From Escherichia coli O127:H6 str. E2348/69 (lineage in GTDB: Bacteria; Pseudomonadota; Gammaproteobacteria; Enterobacterales; Enterobacteriaceae), in assembly GCF_000026545.1 (NCBI RefSeq), contig NC_011601.1: a stretch of DNA of 64,000 nucleotides. One strand, written 5' to 3'. Within the stretch, counting starts at the first letter, position 1. Every line of letters begins with the position of its first letter. Below, piece after piece: positions 1-14,863 of the stretch. A program made the translations under genes and the position numbers. The notes under the pieces were generated by a model. The model was not told the origin of the DNA. It worked only from the letters and a program-made list of their open reading frames with translations, and did not search any database.

Positions 1-183
<183 letters not shown>

Positions 184-1099
184 TTATCACTTACTGGCGG
201 CTCATACTGAGCTGGTTAATGCTGTGCACACACAAACAAGCAATTCCATTTGTAATGTGCCTCCCTGGCAGTTTCATCCGGACCCCGGACGAAAGTAAAA
301 ATGCATATGAGTTGCACTAAAAAAGTGACTCACATTGTTCCGTTATAATGCCTGAAGTAGATCACAGAATATATCTTCAGGGATCGCATATCTATTAAGT
401 TACTCACTCTTTTCTATTTATGACATGCGCGTGTTTGTATAAATGTAAATGTGAGTCCTTGTTCCACTCTCGTACAGCATCGCTGGTCATACGCGAACAC
501 GTACAAACAGCAATGGTGAGGCGGCATCAAGAGCAGGGATCCGTCATTTATGCAAGCATTTTACCCCAAAAACCTTTTATTTATAAGGGTCATTGCGAAT
601 TATCTGATGCAAAGTTATGTTATGTTAGGCAAAGTAATCTTCTATTATTAATAAGCACAACAAAACCTTTTTGAATATTAAATAATAATTAATTAGCATC
701 ATCCCCATTCATTAATTCCGCTTAACAATAGTTTCACGCCTTGCCCCCATTGTGACACCTCGGAAATCATCACGCTGTTAAACTCTCCGTAATACGGAAA
801 TATCATCATCGCGATTCAGTAGTGAATTCTTAAACGAGGCATTTTCACACAATTATCTTACAGATAAAAAAACCACACCTGCAATTAAGAAACAGAACAA
901 TTCACTACATAACATTGCTTATTAAGCATACACACCTAATTATTTTGCCATTATTAAGTTATTAACAGCACAATCGAGCCATCCCCTCTGGCAAAATCTT
1001 ATTCTGCAGACCTTCAAAACACCGTCCTGGGGGAGTACATTGTTCTAAGCTGACTTCCACGGCAGGGAGTGGCGATAACAGCAAAAAAGGTCAAGATTC

Positions 1100-2317
1100 A
1101 TGTCCCCCATTGAAAAATCCAGCAAATTAGAGAATGTCTGTTATGACATCCGTGGTCCGGTGCTGAAAGAAGCAAAACGCCTGGAAGAAGAAGGTAACAA
1201 GGTTCTGAAACTGAACATCGGCAACCCTGCCCCGTTCGGTTTTGACGCGCCAGATGAAATTCTCGTTGACGTGATACGCAACCTGCCTACCGCTCAAGGG
1301 TATTGCGATTCCAAAGGTCTTTACTCCGCGCGTAAAGCCATCATGCAGCACTATCAGGCTCGTGGCATGCGTGATGTTACCGTGGAAGATATTTACATCG
1401 GCAATGGTGTATCGGAGCTTATCGTTCAGGCAATGCAGGCATTGCTGAACAGCGGGGACGAAATGTTGGTTCCTGCACCTGATTACCCACTATGGACCGC
1501 GGCGGTTTCGCTCTCCAGCGGTAAAGCGGTGCATTATCTTTGCGATGAATCCTCTGACTGGTTCCCGGACCTCGATGATATTCGCGCTAAAATTACGCCT
1601 CGTACGCGTGGGATCGTTATTATCAACCCAAATAACCCAACCGGCGCGGTATATTCCAAAGAGCTTTTAATGGAGATTGTGGAGATTGCACGTCAGCATA
1701 ATCTCATTATCTTCGCCGATGAAATTTATGACAAAATTCTCTACGACGACGCTGAGCATCACTCCATTGCACCGCTGGCACCTGACCTGCTGACCATTAC
1801 CTTTAACGGACTGTCGAAAACGTACCGCGTTGCAGGCTTCCGTCAGGGGTGGATGGTGTTGAACGGGCCGAAAAAACACGCCAAAGGTTACATCGAAGGT
1901 CTGGAAATGCTGGCTTCAATGCGCCTGTGTGCTAACGTTCCTGCACAACACGCCATTCAGACCGCACTGGGTGGTTATCAGAGCATCAGTGAATTTATTA
2001 CCCCTGGCGGTCGTCTTTATGAGCAGCGTAACCGCGCGTGGGAATTGATCAACGATATTCCGGGCGTTTCCTGCGTGAAACCTCGTGGTGCGCTGTATAT
2101 GTTCCCGAAAATCGACGCCAAACGCTTTAACATTCACGACGATCAGAAAATGGTGCTGGATTTCCTGTTGCAGGAAAAAGTCCTGTTGGTGCAAGGGACG
2201 GCATTCAACTGGCCGTGGCCGGATCACTTCCGCATTGTCACGCTACCGCGTGTCGATGATATCGAGCTGTCTTTGAGCAAGTTCGCGCGTTTCCTTTCTG
2301 GTTATCATCAGCTGTAA
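1100..2317 (+). CDS. alaA: Glutamate-pyruvate aminotransferase, PLP-dependent class I aminotransferase
   Basis: 405-aa ORF with aminotransferase motifs (NPTG, SKTY); position downstream of divergent lrhA. Confidence 0.93.
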   Translation: MSPIEKSSKLENVCYDIRGPVLKEAKRLEEEGNKVLKLNIGNPAPFGFDAPDEILVDVIRNLPTAQGYCDSKGLYSARKAIMQHYQARGMRDVTVEDIYIGNGVSELIVQAMQALLNSGDEMLVPAPDYPLWTAAVSLSSGKAVHYLCDESSDWFPDLDDIRAKITPRTRGIVIINPNNPTGAVYSKELLMEIVEIARQHNLIIFADEIYDKILYDDAEHHSIAPLAPDLLTITFNGLSKTYRVAGFRQGWMVLNGPKKHAKGYIEGLEMLASMRLCANVPAQHAIQTALGGYQSISEFITPGGRLYEQRNRAWELINDIPGVSCVKPRGALYMFPKIDAKRFNIHDDQKMVLDFLLQEKVLLVQGTAFNWPWPDHFRIVTLPRVDDIELSLSKFARFLSGYHQL

Positions 2318-2326
2318 TCTTAATTT

Positions 2327-2353
2327 CACTGCCGGAGATTGCATCCGGCAGTG
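2327..2353 (+). terminator. Stem-loop after alaA (cactgccgga...tccggcagtg), weak U-tract
   Basis: Inverted repeat read directly; poor T-run so may be a partial terminator or attenuator. Confidence 0.35.
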
Positions 2354-2400
2354 TTATCCCGCCACAATGACCTGATGATGTCATCATACGTAAGGTCACT

Positions 2401-3000
2401 ATGAAACAGAGCCATTTTTTTGCCCATCTCTCCCGCCTGAAACTCATTAACCGCTGGCCGCTAATGCGCAACGTGCGGACGGAAAATGTGTCCGAACACA
2501 GTTTGCAGGTAGCGATGGTCGCCCATGCGCTGGCAGCTATCAAAAATCGTAAATTTGGCGGTAATGTCAACGCCGAACGTATCGCTTTACTGGCGATGTA
2601 CCACGATGCTTCAGAAGTGCTCACCGGAGATCTCCCTACTCCGGTGAAATACTTCAATTCGCAAATCGCTAAGGAATACAAGGCGATTGAAAAAATCGCT
2701 CAGCAAAAACTGGTCGATATGGTTCCGGAAGAGCTGCAGGATATCTTTGCGCCGTTAATTGACGAGCATGCATATAGTGATGAAGAAAAATCGCTGGTGA
2801 AACAGGCAGATGCACTGTGTGCATATCTGAAATGCCTGGAAGAACTTGCGGCCGGAAATAATGAATTCTTGCTGGCAAAAACGCGACTGGAAGCGACGCT
2901 TGAAGCGCGTCGCAGCCAGGAGATGGACTACTTCATGGAAGTATTTGTTCCCAGCTTCCATCTTTCGCTCGATGAGATTAGCCAGGATTCACCGCTGTAA
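2401..3000 (+). CDS. yfbR: 5'-deoxynucleotidase, HD-domain
   Basis: 199-aa ORF with HD motif ([15 protein letters not shown]...YHDASE). Confidence 0.9.
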   Translation: MKQSHFFAHLSRLKLINRWPLMRNVRTENVSEHSLQVAMVAHALAAIKNRKFGGNVNAERIALLAMYHDASEVLTGDLPTPVKYFNSQIAKEYKAIEKIAQQKLVDMVPEELQDIFAPLIDEHAYSDEEKSLVKQADALCAYLKCLEELAAGNNEFLLAKTRLEATLEARRSQEMDYFMEVFVPSFHLSLDEISQDSPL

Positions 3001-3004
3001 GCAG

Positions 3005-3056
3005 CCGGAGTCTGCGTCGCATCAGGCAATAAGCGCCGGATGCGACATCAGGCTCT
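3005..3056. repeat. REP (repetitive extragenic palindrome) element
   Basis: gcgtcgcatcaggc ... gccggatgcgacatcaggc palindromic units typical of E. coli REP. Confidence 0.7.
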
Positions 3057-3058
3057 TG

Positions 3059-4891
3059 TCAAAACGGAAACAGCATCGGGATCATCACCACACAAACCGC
3101 CATCACGATAATGGTGAACGGTACCCCCAACTTAACAAAGTCACTGAAGCTGTAATTCCCCGGACCTAAAACCAGTGTGTTAACAGGTGAAGATATCGGT
3201 GTCATAAAGGCGGCGGATGCTGCCATCGCCACGACCATCGCAAATGGATAAGGCGACACCCCCATCGTTTTGGCAGCAGCCAGCGCAATCGGAGCCATCA
3301 ACACCGCCGTCGCGGTATTAGAAATAAATAGCCCAATAACCGCCGACAAGACAAACAAACACCCCAGCATCATATGTGGCCCATAACCGCCGCCAATGCC
3401 CATCAGCCCTTTCACCGCCAGCGCGACACCTCCCGTTTTCTGTAATGCCACAGCAAACGGCATCATCCCAACGATCAAAATAATGCTCGGCCAGTGAATG
3501 GATTTATAGGCGCTTTCGGCATCGATACAGCGGAATTTCCCCATCAGCAGGCAGGCGATGATAGCGGCAACAGGATTAGGAATTTCATCGGTCAGCATCA
3601 ACGCCACCATTAGCACCAGACAGAAAATGGCATGGGGTGCCTGGCTGTGCGCGGGCGAAGCTTCACTCACCTCTTCCGGTAAGTTCAGCGCTACGAAGTC
3701 GCGGCCCTGTTTGGCCAGCATACCGATCAGTTTCCAGTTACCAACAACCAGAATGATATCGCCCAGCAGCAGAGGCTCATCCGCCAGCGAACCTTCCAGC
3801 GCCACACCATTGCGCTTTAGCCCCACCACATTCAATCCGTAGCGGGTACGAAAACCAATTTCGCGCACCGATTTACCAATAAGTTCTGACTCAGGAATTA
3901 ATGAAATCTCTGCCATGCCCACATCAAGGGCCTGGTCAGAAAAATACTCGCCGCGCAGTACCATCGGCTCCAGCAATTGCTCACTACAAAATTGCCGGAG
4001 ATCGACATCAGCCGCAGACATATCAATAAGCAAAACGTCACGCGCGCGAAATTCAGAAACCCCATTAACGTTCACGATAACGCGACGAAAACGCCGCCAG
4101 CGTTCAACACCGATGACGTTAGCACCATAACGTTCACGTAATTTGAGATCGTCCAGTCGTTGACCAATCATTGGCGATCCGGGGCGAATAGCCAGACGTC
4201 GCGCACGCCCGGTCAGTCGATATTCACGGATAAGATCGCGAAAGGTTCGGCGCGTCCAGCCTTCGCGTTGTGGGGTCTGGGTATCCCCTTTCAGCATGAA
4301 ACGCATCACTAACATATACAAAATACCCAGCACCAACACGACCAGGCCAATAGGTGTTACGCTAAAGAAACTGAAGCCGTGATAGCCTTCACGCAGCAAT
4401 TCACTGTTGACTACCAGGTTCGGCGGCGTCGCCACCAGCGTCATCATGCCGCTTATCAGCCCGGCAAAACTTAACGGCATCATCAGACGCGACGGCGACG
4501 TTTGCATACGCATGGCAACGCTTAACACCACGGGAATAAAGATAGCAACAACGCCGGTTGAACTCATAAACGCGCCAAGCCCCGCGACGGTCAGCATCAA
4601 CAAAACCAACATTTTGATTTCACTGTTGCCCGCCACTTTGACCAGCCATGTCCCCATTACAGTGGCAACACCGGTACGGACCAAACCATCGCCAATAATG
4701 AACAAGGCGGCAATCAGAACAACGTTAGGATCGGAAAAGCCGGAAAATACTTCGGGGACCGTCAGCGTTCCGCTTAATGCAAACGCGACAATAACAAACA
4801 AAGCGACCGCATCCATACGCACTCTGCCCGTCGCAAACAAGACGATGGCAACGGCCAGTAATGAAAGAACCCAAATCAATTCACCGTTCAC
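3059..4891 (-). CDS. yfbS: Putative anion transporter (DASS/SLC13-like permease with central TrkA-C-like domains)
   Basis: 610-aa polytopic membrane ORF with a hydrophilic central region. Confidence 0.85.
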   Translation of the reverse strand: MNGELIWVLSLLAVAIVLFATGRVRMDAVALFVIVAFALSGTLTVPEVFSGFSDPNVVLIAALFIIGDGLVRTGVATVMGTWLVKVAGNSEIKMLVLLMLTVAGLGAFMSSTGVVAIFIPVVLSVAMRMQTSPSRLMMPLSFAGLISGMMTLVATPPNLVVNSELLREGYHGFSFFSVTPIGLVVLVLGILYMLVMRFMLKGDTQTPQREGWTRRTFRDLIREYRLTGRARRLAIRPGSPMIGQRLDDLKLRERYGANVIGVERWRRFRRVIVNVNGVSEFRARDVLLIDMSAADVDLRQFCSEQLLEPMVLRGEYFSDQALDVGMAEISLIPESELIGKSVREIGFRTRYGLNVVGLKRNGVALEGSLADEPLLLGDIILVVGNWKLIGMLAKQGRDFVALNLPEEVSEASPAHSQAPHAIFCLVLMVALMLTDEIPNPVAAIIACLLMGKFRCIDAESAYKSIHWPSIILIVGMMPFAVALQKTGGVALAVKGLMGIGGGYGPHMMLGCLFVLSAVIGLFISNTATAVLMAPIALAAAKTMGVSPYPFAMVVAMAASAAFMTPISSPVNTLVLGPGNYSFSDFVKLGVPFTIIVMAVCVVMIPMLFPF

Positions 4892-4932
4892 AACTTATCC
4901 TTGTTAATTGAGGGGGATAACTTGATTCTGCC

Positions 4933-4959
4933 ATAAAAAAGCCCCGACGAGACGGGGCT
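4933..4959 (-). terminator. Rho-independent terminator downstream of yfbT
   Basis: agccccgacgagacggggct hairpin with a T-run on the minus strand. Confidence 0.65.
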
Positions 4960-4977
4960 AAATCATGATCAGGTGTT

Positions 4978-5628
4978 TCACTGAATAATAACATCGCCAT
5001 TTGGCTGTTTGGTCACAGTAATTTGCTCCAGACTGTGGAGGACTAAATCGACTTCATTCAGGCGCGGGGTATCTGCCGGGGCATTAACCGCAATAACATG
5101 GCAACCCGCCGCCAGACCTGAAAGCACGCCAGCGGGAGCATCTTCCACCACAACACACTCCTGCGGCGCAAGCCCCAGCAGCTGCGCGCCTAACAGATAC
5201 GCATCAGGTTCTGGTTTTCCGCGCTTCACCCGCTCAGCGGTTACAAACACCTCTGGCGCGGGAAGCCCCGCTATTTTATGACGCGCTCGCGCTACCGGCA
5301 TGGAGCCAGAAGTCACAATAGCCCACGGAATACCTGCTTTATTCAAATGATTGAGTAAGGCGATTGCCCCCGGAAGCGCGGTAATACCTTCGGTTTCCGT
5401 GGCCTCGATGTGCTCCAGACGCGTAAACTCGGCGGCAATGTCTGCCCCGGATTTGCCCGCCATAAAATGGCGCAGAGAGGTGATCGCCTGTTTACCGTGA
5501 ATGAAAGCCAGCACCTCTTCCGGCGATAACCCATGACGTCTGGCCCAGTTGCTCCACGCCCGTTCTACCGCAGGCAGGGAATCCACCAGCGTTCCATCAA
5601 GATCAAACAGAAAACCTTTGCACCGCAC
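4978..5628 (-). CDS. yfbT: HAD-family sugar phosphatase
   Basis: 216-aa ORF starting MRCKGFLFDLDGTLVDS (HAD motif I). Confidence 0.9.
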   Translation of the reverse strand: MRCKGFLFDLDGTLVDSLPAVERAWSNWARRHGLSPEEVLAFIHGKQAITSLRHFMAGKSGADIAAEFTRLEHIEATETEGITALPGAIALLNHLNKAGIPWAIVTSGSMPVARARHKIAGLPAPEVFVTAERVKRGKPEPDAYLLGAQLLGLAPQECVVVEDAPAGVLSGLAAGCHVIAVNAPADTPRLNEVDLVLHSLEQITVTKQPNGDVIIQ

Positions 5629-5638
5629 GCGGGCCTCC

Positions 5639-6211
<573 letters not shown>

Positions 6212-6215
6212 TCAA

Positions 6216-6671
6216 TTACAAATCATCAAGGAAAGTTTTATCCAGTTGTTTGAAGGCACGCTTAAGCGTGTCAGCTAATGCCTGGTAATCAGGCTTGCCT
6301 TCAACGGGTGCCAACACCTGTCCAGACTCCTGCAATTTACCGCGAACTTCATAAAACCAGTTGAGGATTGCAGGAGGTAATGGCGTTACAGAACGCTTGC
6401 CCAGCCACCACAATCCCTGCATGGGTAAACTTAAGGCGAACAGCGCAGTGGCAACTGCCGGCCCAAGCTGACCGCCCAGAGCAATCTGCCAGCAGAGAGT
6501 AAATACGGCGATCGGCGGCATAAAACGGATCGCATAACGCGTCATCTTGATAACGCGATTTTCGACAAAGACTGGGGCAAGGCGTTTTTCCAGCGGCCAC
6601 GTCTTTGAGTAATGCTGTCCCCGGCGAAACAAGCTAAAAAAATTAACAGAACGATTATCCGGCGTTGACAT
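6216..6671 (-). CDS. yfbV: UPF0208 inner-membrane protein
   Basis: 151-aa ORF with two hydrophobic helices; divergent from ackA. Confidence 0.85.
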
Positions 6672-7008
6672 GCTTCACCTCAACTTCACATATAAAGATT
6701 CAAAAATTTGTGCAAATTCACAACTCAGCGGGACAACGTTCAAAACATTTTGTCTTCCATACCCACTATCAGGTATCCTTTAGCAGCCTGAAGGCCTAAG
6801 TAGTACATATTCATTGAGTCGTCAAATTCATATACATTATGCCATTGGCTGAAAATTACGCAAAATGGCATAGACTCAAGATATTTCTTCCATCATGCAA
6901 AAAAAATTTGCAGTGCATGATGTTAATCATAAATGTCGGTGTCATCATGCGCTACGCTCTATGGCTCCCTGACGTTTTTTTAGCCACGTATCAATTATAG
7001 GTACTTCC

Positions 7009-8211
7009 ATGTCGAGTAAGTTAGTACTGGTTCTGAACTGCGGTAGTTCTTCACTGAAATTTGCCATCATCGATGCAGTAAATGGTGAAGAGTACCTTTC
7101 TGGTTTAGCCGAATGTTTCCACCTGCCCGAAGCACGTATCAAATGGAAAATGGACGGCAATAAACAGGAAGCGGCTTTAGGTGCAGGCGCCGCTCACAGC
7201 GAAGCGCTCAACTTTATCGTTAATACTATTCTGGCACAAAAACCAGAACTGTCTGCGCAGCTGACTGCTATCGGTCACCGTATCGTACACGGCGGCGAAA
7301 AGTATACCAGCTCCGTAGTGATCGATGAGTCTGTTATTCAGGGTATCAAAGATGCAGCTTCTTTTGCACCGCTGCACAACCCGGCTCACCTGATCGGTAT
7401 CGAAGAAGCTCTGAAATCTTTCCCACAGCTGAAAGACAAAAACGTTGCTGTATTTGACACCGCGTTCCACCAGACTATGCCGGAAGAGTCTTACCTCTAC
7501 GCCCTGCCGTACAACCTGTACAAAGAGCACGGCATCCGTCGTTACGGCGCGCACGGCACCAGCCACTTCTATGTAACCCAGGAAGCGGCAAAAATGCTGA
7601 ACAAACCGGTAGAAGAACTGAACATCATCACCTGCCACCTGGGCAACGGTGGTTCCGTTTCTGCTATCCGCAACGGTAAATGCGTTGACACCTCTATGGG
7701 CCTGACCCCGCTGGAAGGTCTGGTCATGGGTACCCGATCTGGTGATATCGATCCGGCGATCATCTTCCACCTGCACGACACCCTGGGCATGAGCGTTGAC
7801 GCAATCAACAAACTGCTGACCAAAGAGTCTGGCCTGCTGGGTCTGACCGAAGTGACCAGCGACTGCCGCTATGTTGAAGACAACTACGCGACGAAAGAAG
7901 ACGCGAAGCGCGCAATGGACGTTTACTGCCACCGCCTGGCCAAATACATCGGTGCCTACACTGCGCTGATGGATGGTCGTCTGGACGCTGTTGTATTCAC
8001 CGGTGGTATCGGTGAAAATGCCGCGATGGTTCGTGAACTGTCTCTGGGCAAACTGGGCGTGCTGGGCTTTGAAGTTGATCATGAACGCAACCTGGCTGCA
8101 CGTTTCGGCAAATCTGGTTTCATCAACAAAGAAGGTACCCGTCCTGCGGTGGTTATCCCAACCAACGAAGAACTGGTTATCGCGCAAGACGCGAGCCGCC
8201 TGACTGTCTGA
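7009..8211 (+). CDS. ackA: Acetate kinase
   Basis: 400-aa [23 protein letters not shown], classic acetate kinase N-terminus. Confidence 0.97.
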   Translation: MSSKLVLVLNCGSSSLKFAIIDAVNGEEYLSGLAECFHLPEARIKWKMDGNKQEAALGAGAAHSEALNFIVNTILAQKPELSAQLTAIGHRIVHGGEKYTSSVVIDESVIQGIKDAASFAPLHNPAHLIGIEEALKSFPQLKDKNVAVFDTAFHQTMPEESYLYALPYNLYKEHGIRRYGAHGTSHFYVTQEAAKMLNKPVEELNIITCHLGNGGSVSAIRNGKCVDTSMGLTPLEGLVMGTRSGDIDPAIIFHLHDTLGMSVDAINKLLTKESGLLGLTEVTSDCRYVEDNYATKEDAKRAMDVYCHRLAKYIGAYTALMDGRLDAVVFTGGIGENAAMVRELSLGKLGVLGFEVDHERNLAARFGKSGFINKEGTRPAVVIPTNEELVIAQDASRLTV

Positions 8212-8285
8212 TTTCACACCGCCAGCTCAGCTGGCGGTGCTGTTTTGTAACCCGCCAAATCGGCGGTAACGAAAGAGGATAAACC

Positions 8286-10430
8286 GTGTCCCGTATTATT
8301 ATGCTGATCCCTACCGGAACCAGCGTCGGTCTGACCAGCGTCAGCCTTGGCGTGATCCGTGCAATGGAACGCAAAGGCGTTCGTCTGAGCGTTTTCAAAC
8401 CTATCGCTCAGCCGCGTACCGGTGGCGATGCGCCCGATCAGACTACGACTATCGTGCGTGCGAACTCTTCCACCACGACGGCCGCTGAACCGCTGAAAAT
8501 GAGCTACGTTGAAGGTCTGCTTTCCAGCAATCAGAAAGATGTGCTGATGGAAGAGATCATCGCGAACTACCACGCTAACACCAAAGACGCTGAAGTCGTT
8601 CTGGTGGAAGGTCTGGTCCCGACACGTAAGCACCAGTTTGCCCAGTCTCTGAACTACGAAATCGCCAAAACGCTGAACGCAGAAATCGTCTTCGTTATGT
8701 CTCAGGGCACTGACACCCCGGAACAGCTGAAAGAGCGTATCGAACTGACCCGCAACAGCTTCGGCGGTGCCAAAAACACCAATATTACCGGCGTTATCGT
8801 TAACAAACTGAACGCTCCGGTTGATGAACAGGGTCGTACTCGCCCGGATCTGTCCGAGATTTTTGACGACTCCACCAAAGCAAAAGTGAACAACGTTGAT
8901 CCGGCGAAGCTGCAAGAATCCAGCCCGCTGCCGGTTCTCGGCGCTGTGCCGTGGAGCTTTGACCTGATCGCGACTCGTGCGATCGATATGGCTCGCCACC
9001 TGAATGCGACCATCATCAACGAAGGCGACATCAATACTCGCCGCGTTAAATCCGTCACTTTCTGCGCACGCAGCATTCCGCACATGCTGGAGCACTTCCG
9101 TGCCGGTTCTCTGCTGGTGACTTCCGCAGACCGCCCTGACGTGCTGGTTGCCGCTTGCCTGGCTGCCATGAACGGCGTAGAAATCGGTGCCCTGCTGCTG
9201 ACTGGCGGCTACGAAATGGACGCGCGCATTTCTAAACTGTGCGAACGTGCTTTCGCTACTGGCCTGCCGGTATTTATGGTGAACACCAACACCTGGCAGA
9301 CTTCTCTGAGCCTGCAGAGCTTCAACCTGGAAGTTCCGGTTGACGATCATGAGCGTATCGAAAAAGTTCAGGAATACGTGGCTAACTACATCAACGCTGA
9401 CTGGATCGATTCTCTGACTGCCACTTCTGAGCGCAGCCGTCGTCTGTCTCCGCCAGCGTTCCGTTATCAGTTGACTGAACTTGCGCGCAAAGCGGGCAAA
9501 CGTATCGTTCTGCCGGAAGGTGACGAACCGCGTACCGTTAAAGCAGCCGCTATCTGTGCTGAACGTGGTATCGCAACTTGCGTACTGCTGGGTAATCCAG
9601 CAGAGATCAACCGTGTTGCAGCCTCTCAGGGTGTAGAACTGGGTGCAGGCATTGAAATCGTTGATCCAGAAGAGGTTCGCGAAAACTATGTTGGTCGTCT
9701 GGTCGAACTGCGTAAGAACAAAGGCATGACCGAAACCGTTGCCCGCGAACAGCTGGAAGACAACGTGGTTCTCGGTACGCTGATGCTGGAACAAGATGAA
9801 GTTGATGGTCTGGTTTCCGGTGCTGTTCACACCACCGCAAACACCATCCGTCCGCCTCTGCAGCTGATCAAAACTGCACCGGGCAGCTCCCTGGTATCTT
9901 CCGTGTTCTTCATGCTGTTGCCGGAACAGGTTTACGTTTACGGTGACTGTGCGATCAACCCGGATCCGACCGCAGAACAGCTGGCAGAAATCGCGATTCA
10001 GTCCGCTGATTCCGCTGCGGCCTTCGGTATCGAACCGCGCGTTGCTATGCTCTCCTACTCCACCGGTACTTCTGGTGCTGGTAGCGACGTAGAAAAAGTT
10101 CGCGAAGCAACTCGTCTGGCGCAGGAAAAACGTCCTGACCTGATGATCGACGGTCCGCTGCAGTACGACGCTGCGGTAATGGCTGACGTTGCGAAATCCA
10201 AAGCACCGAACTCTCCGGTTGCAGGTCGCGCTACCGTGTTCATCTTCCCGGATCTGAACACCGGTAACACCACCTACAAAGCGGTACAGCGTTCTGCTGA
10301 CCTGATCTCTATCGGACCGATGCTGCAGGGTATGCGCAAGCCGGTTAACGACCTGTCCCGTGGCGCACTGGTTGATGATATCGTCTACACCATCGCGCTG
10401 ACTGCGATTCAGTCTGCACAGCAGCAGTAA
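8286..10430 (+). CDS. pta: Phosphate acetyltransferase
   Basis: 714-aa [25 protein letters not shown]...; immediately downstream of ackA. Confidence 0.97.
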   Translation: MSRIIMLIPTGTSVGLTSVSLGVIRAMERKGVRLSVFKPIAQPRTGGDAPDQTTTIVRANSSTTTAAEPLKMSYVEGLLSSNQKDVLMEEIIANYHANTKDAEVVLVEGLVPTRKHQFAQSLNYEIAKTLNAEIVFVMSQGTDTPEQLKERIELTRNSFGGAKNTNITGVIVNKLNAPVDEQGRTRPDLSEIFDDSTKAKVNNVDPAKLQESSPLPVLGAVPWSFDLIATRAIDMARHLNATIINEGDINTRRVKSVTFCARSIPHMLEHFRAGSLLVTSADRPDVLVAACLAAMNGVEIGALLLTGGYEMDARISKLCERAFATGLPVFMVNTNTWQTSLSLQSFNLEVPVDDHERIEKVQEYVANYINADWIDSLTATSERSRRLSPPAFRYQLTELARKAGKRIVLPEGDEPRTVKAAAICAERGIATCVLLGNPAEINRVAASQGVELGAGIEIVDPEEVRENYVGRLVELRKNKGMTETVAREQLEDNVVLGTLMLEQDEVDGLVSGAVHTTANTIRPPLQLIKTAPGSSLVSSVFFMLLPEQVYVYGDCAINPDPTAEQLAEIAIQSADSAAAFGIEPRVAMLSYSTGTSGAGSDVEKVREATRLAQEKRPDLMIDGPLQYDAAVMADVAKSKAPNSPVAGRATVFIFPDLNTGNTTYKAVQRSADLISIGPMLQGMRKPVNDLSRGALVDDIVYTIALTAIQSAQQQ

Positions 10431-10440
10431 TCTCGTCATC

Positions 10441-10500
10441 ATCCGCAGCTTTACGCTGCGGATATCTGAACCGGAAATAGTCACTATTTCCGGTTTTTTA
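10441..10500 (+). terminator. Rho-independent terminator(s) after pta
   Basis: Two hairpins (tccgcagctttacgctgcgga; ccggaaatagtcactatttccgg) followed by a T-run. Confidence 0.8.
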
Positions 10501-10619
10501 TTCTCTTAATTTGCATTAATCCTTTCTGATTATCTTGCTTAACTGCGCTGCATCAATGAATTGCGCCATCTCACTTTGCATACTTACCACTTTGTTTTGT
10601 GCAAGGGAATATTTGCGCT

Positions 10620-12140
10620 ATGTCCGCAATCACTGAATCTAAACCAACAAGAAGATGGGCAATGCCCGATACGTTGGTGATTATCTTTTTTGTTGCCATT
10701 TTAACCAGCCTTGCCACCTGGGTAGTTCCGGTGGGCATGTTTGACAGTCAGGAAGTGCAGTATCAGGTTGATGGTCAAACAAAAACACGCAAAGTCGTAG
10801 ATCCACACTCATTTCGCATTCTGACTAACGAAGCAGGCGAACCTGAGTATCACCGCGTACAGCTGTTCACGACGGGCGATGAACGCCCGGGTCTGATGAA
10901 CTTCCCGTTTGAAGGGTTAACCTCAGGATCGAAATACGGGACAGCCGTTGGCATCATCATGTTTATGCTGGTGATTGGCGGCGCGTTTGGCATTGTGATG
11001 CGTACAGGAACCATTGATAACGGTATCCTGGCGCTTATTCGCCATACCCGCGGAAATGAAATTCTCTTTATTCCTGCGCTGTTTATTCTGTTTTCACTTG
11101 GCGGCGCAATATTTGGTATGGGAGAAGAGGCCGTCGCCTTTGCCATTATCATCGCACCGCTAATGGTCCGGCTGGGCTATGACAGTATTACCACCGTCCT
11201 TGTGACCTATATTGCCACGCAAATCGGTTTTGCCAGTTCGTGGATGAACCCGTTTTGTGTGGTTGTTGCTCAGGGTATTGCCGGCGTTCCGGTGCTTTCT
11301 GGCTCCGGGTTGCGCATCGTGGTGTGGGTTATCGCCACTCTGATTGGCCTGATCTTTACCATGGTGTACGCCTCACGAGTGAAAAAGAATCCTCTTCTGT
11401 CACGTGTGCATGAGTCCGACCGCTTCTTTCGTGAAAAGCAGGCTGATGTTGAACAACGTCCGTTTACCTTTGGTGACTGGCTGGTATTGATTGTCCTGAC
11501 CGCCGTAATGGTCTGGGTTATTTGGGGCGTGATCGTTAATGCCTGGTTTATTCCTGAAATTGCCAGCCAGTTCTTCACCATGGGTCTGGTGATTGGCATC
11601 ATCGGCGTTGTTTTCCGCCTTAACGGCATGACGGTTAATACCATGGCTTCATCCTTTACCGAAGGGGCGCGAATGATGATCGCCCCTGCCCTGCTGGTGG
11701 GTTTCGCCAAAGGGATTTTGCTGCTGGTCGGTAATGGTGAAGCGGGTGATGCCAGCGTGTTAAATACCATCCTCAACAGCATTGCCAATGCCATTAGCGG
11801 TCTGGATAACGCAGTCGCGGCCTGGTTTATGTTGCTCTTCCAGGCGGTATTTAATTTCTTCGTGACGTCCGGTTCTGGTCAGGCGGCGTTAACCATGCCG
11901 TTACTGGCACCGCTTGGCGATCTGGTTGGTGTTAACCGTCAGGTTACCGTGCTGGCGTTCCAGTTTGGTGATGGCTTCAGCCACATCATTTACCCAACCT
12001 CAGCTTCGTTAATGGCGACGCTCGGTGTTTGCCGGGTGGACTTCCGTAACTGGCTGAAGGTGGGTGCGACCCTGCTTGGACTGCTGTTTATTATGTCCAG
12101 CGTCGTGGTGATCGGCGCTCAGTTGATGGGCTACCACTAA
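10620..12140 (+). CDS. yfcC: Putative inner-membrane transporter (C4-dicarboxylate anaerobic carrier-like)
   Basis: Polytopic membrane ORF; start set at internal MSAITESK (ORF track starts 21 nt upstream). Confidence 0.85.
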   Translation: MSAITESKPTRRWAMPDTLVIIFFVAILTSLATWVVPVGMFDSQEVQYQVDGQTKTRKVVDPHSFRILTNEAGEPEYHRVQLFTTGDERPGLMNFPFEGLTSGSKYGTAVGIIMFMLVIGGAFGIVMRTGTIDNGILALIRHTRGNEILFIPALFILFSLGGAIFGMGEEAVAFAIIIAPLMVRLGYDSITTVLVTYIATQIGFASSWMNPFCVVVAQGIAGVPVLSGSGLRIVVWVIATLIGLIFTMVYASRVKKNPLLSRVHESDRFFREKQADVEQRPFTFGDWLVLIVLTAVMVWVIWGVIVNAWFIPEIASQFFTMGLVIGIIGVVFRLNGMTVNTMASSFTEGARMMIAPALLVGFAKGILLLVGNGEAGDASVLNTILNSIANAISGLDNAVAAWFMLLFQAVFNFFVTSGSGQAALTMPLLAPLGDLVGVNRQVTVLAFQFGDGFSHIIYPTSASLMATLGVCRVDFRNWLKVGATLLGLLFIMSSVVVIGAQLMGYH

Positions 12141-12149
12141 AAATGTTAA

Positions 12150-12176
12150 GAGCCGCAATTGCGGCTCTTTTTTCAT
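12150..12176. terminator. Bidirectional terminator between convergent yfcC and yfcD
   Basis: agagccgcaattgcggctct hairpin flanked by A-run and T-run. Confidence 0.75.
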
Positions 12177-12715
12177 TCTGCCGTTTCAGTCTCTACGGCT
12201 TCATTTTTGGCATTGCGCTTCATCCACAACGCCAGCGCTTTCAGCGAGTCTGGAGTGAACTCATCGCAGCGTGCGGTGATTTCTTCCGGCGTCAGCCAGC
12301 AAACTTCACTGACTTCATCTTCCTGTAGAGCGAAGGGACCGTGAGAGACGCAGCTGAACAACGCGCCCCAGACACGGCAATTTTTATCTTCGAAATAGAA
12401 CTGCCCGTGCTCAGCAAAGGGAACACCGGCAATGCCCAACTCTTCTTCCGCTTCGCGACGCGCGGATTCCAGCAGCTGCTCATCGGCCTGGACTACACCG
12501 CCTGCGGTCGCATCTAACATGCCGGGTAAAAAGTCTTTTGTCTCGGTACGACGCTGGACCAGAATTTTGCCCATGCCATCATGCACGACGATATAAGTTG
12601 CACGATGACGCAGACACTGTGCCCGCATTTGTTCCCGGCTGGCTTGTGCAATGACTTCGTTCTCTTCATTGACAATATCCACCCATTCAGTACTTGCCAA
12701 ACGACGCTGTTCCAT
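12173..12715 (-). CDS. yfcD: Nudix hydrolase
   Basis: 180-aa ORF with Nudix box ([23 protein letters not shown]). Confidence 0.9.
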
Positions 12716-12772
12716 TATCAGGAAACCTTCTTTTTCTGGCGCTCTTACGGCGCATTTTGAGTTGTGGGTAAA

Positions 12773-13327
12773 TTACGGATTAATCGCGACCTGCGCAATG
12801 ATACTTTGATCATTGAGTGCGATTACACTAAGTACGTCATTATCCAGCATGCCATAACTCGCCGGATTACCGCCTTTCGGAATACTCACCGAGCCGGGGT
12901 TGAAGTGGAAAATCTCCCCCCGCTGTTCTGCCACTGGCAGATGGGTATGACCGTACACCAGCACATCGTTCTGGTTTAAAGCAGGCAGATTTTCCGGGCC
13001 AAAAAGATGACCATGCGTCAAAAACAGACGTTGTTTTTCCAGTAATACCTGTTGCCACGGCGCGGTTATCGGGAAATGCAGCAGCATTTGATCCACTTCG
13101 CTGTCGCAGTTGCCGCGCACAGCGATAACCTTATGTGCCACTTCATTAAGCCGTTCAGCGACTTTGGCTGGCGCGTAACCCTCCGGTAAAGCATTACGCG
13201 GGCCATGATTCAACACGTCGCCAAGGATCACCAGCCACTGGGCACCGCTTTGGGCAAACAACTCCAGAACACGTTCCGTCGCCGGTAACGACCCATGAAT
13301 GTCCGATGCAAACATCAGTTTCATCAC
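12773..13327 (-). CDS. yfcE: Metallophosphoesterase (Mn-dependent phosphodiesterase)
   Basis: 184-aa ORF MMKLMFASDIHGS...GDVLNHG (calcineurin-like motifs). Confidence 0.9.
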   Translation of the reverse strand: MMKLMFASDIHGSLPATERVLELFAQSGAQWLVILGDVLNHGPRNALPEGYAPAKVAERLNEVAHKVIAVRGNCDSEVDQMLLHFPITAPWQQVLLEKQRLFLTHGHLFGPENLPALNQNDVLVYGHTHLPVAEQRGEIFHFNPGSVSIPKGGNPASYGMLDNDVLSVIALNDQSIIAQVAINP

Positions 13328-13330
13328 TCA

Positions 13331-14807
<1,477 letters not shown>

Positions 14808-14863
14808 CAGAAACAGGTTCTCGTGTATTATTTCATTCTAAGTAAAACAACGGAGAACCTGCA

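Noticed and set aside
420-674. 84-aa ORF in the lrhA-alaA intergenic region
   Set aside because: AT-rich, Cys/Lys-rich translation with no ribosome-binding site or family resemblance; more likely promoter DNA than a gene. Kept only as a note under the intergenic-region finding.
7177-10484. Very long minus-strand ORFs (346 aa and 756 aa) antisense to ackA and pta
   Set aside because: They exactly shadow highly expressed, codon-biased genes whose identity is unambiguous; their translations are low-complexity (rich in R, V, F, Q) with no recognisable domain. Typical antisense artefact.
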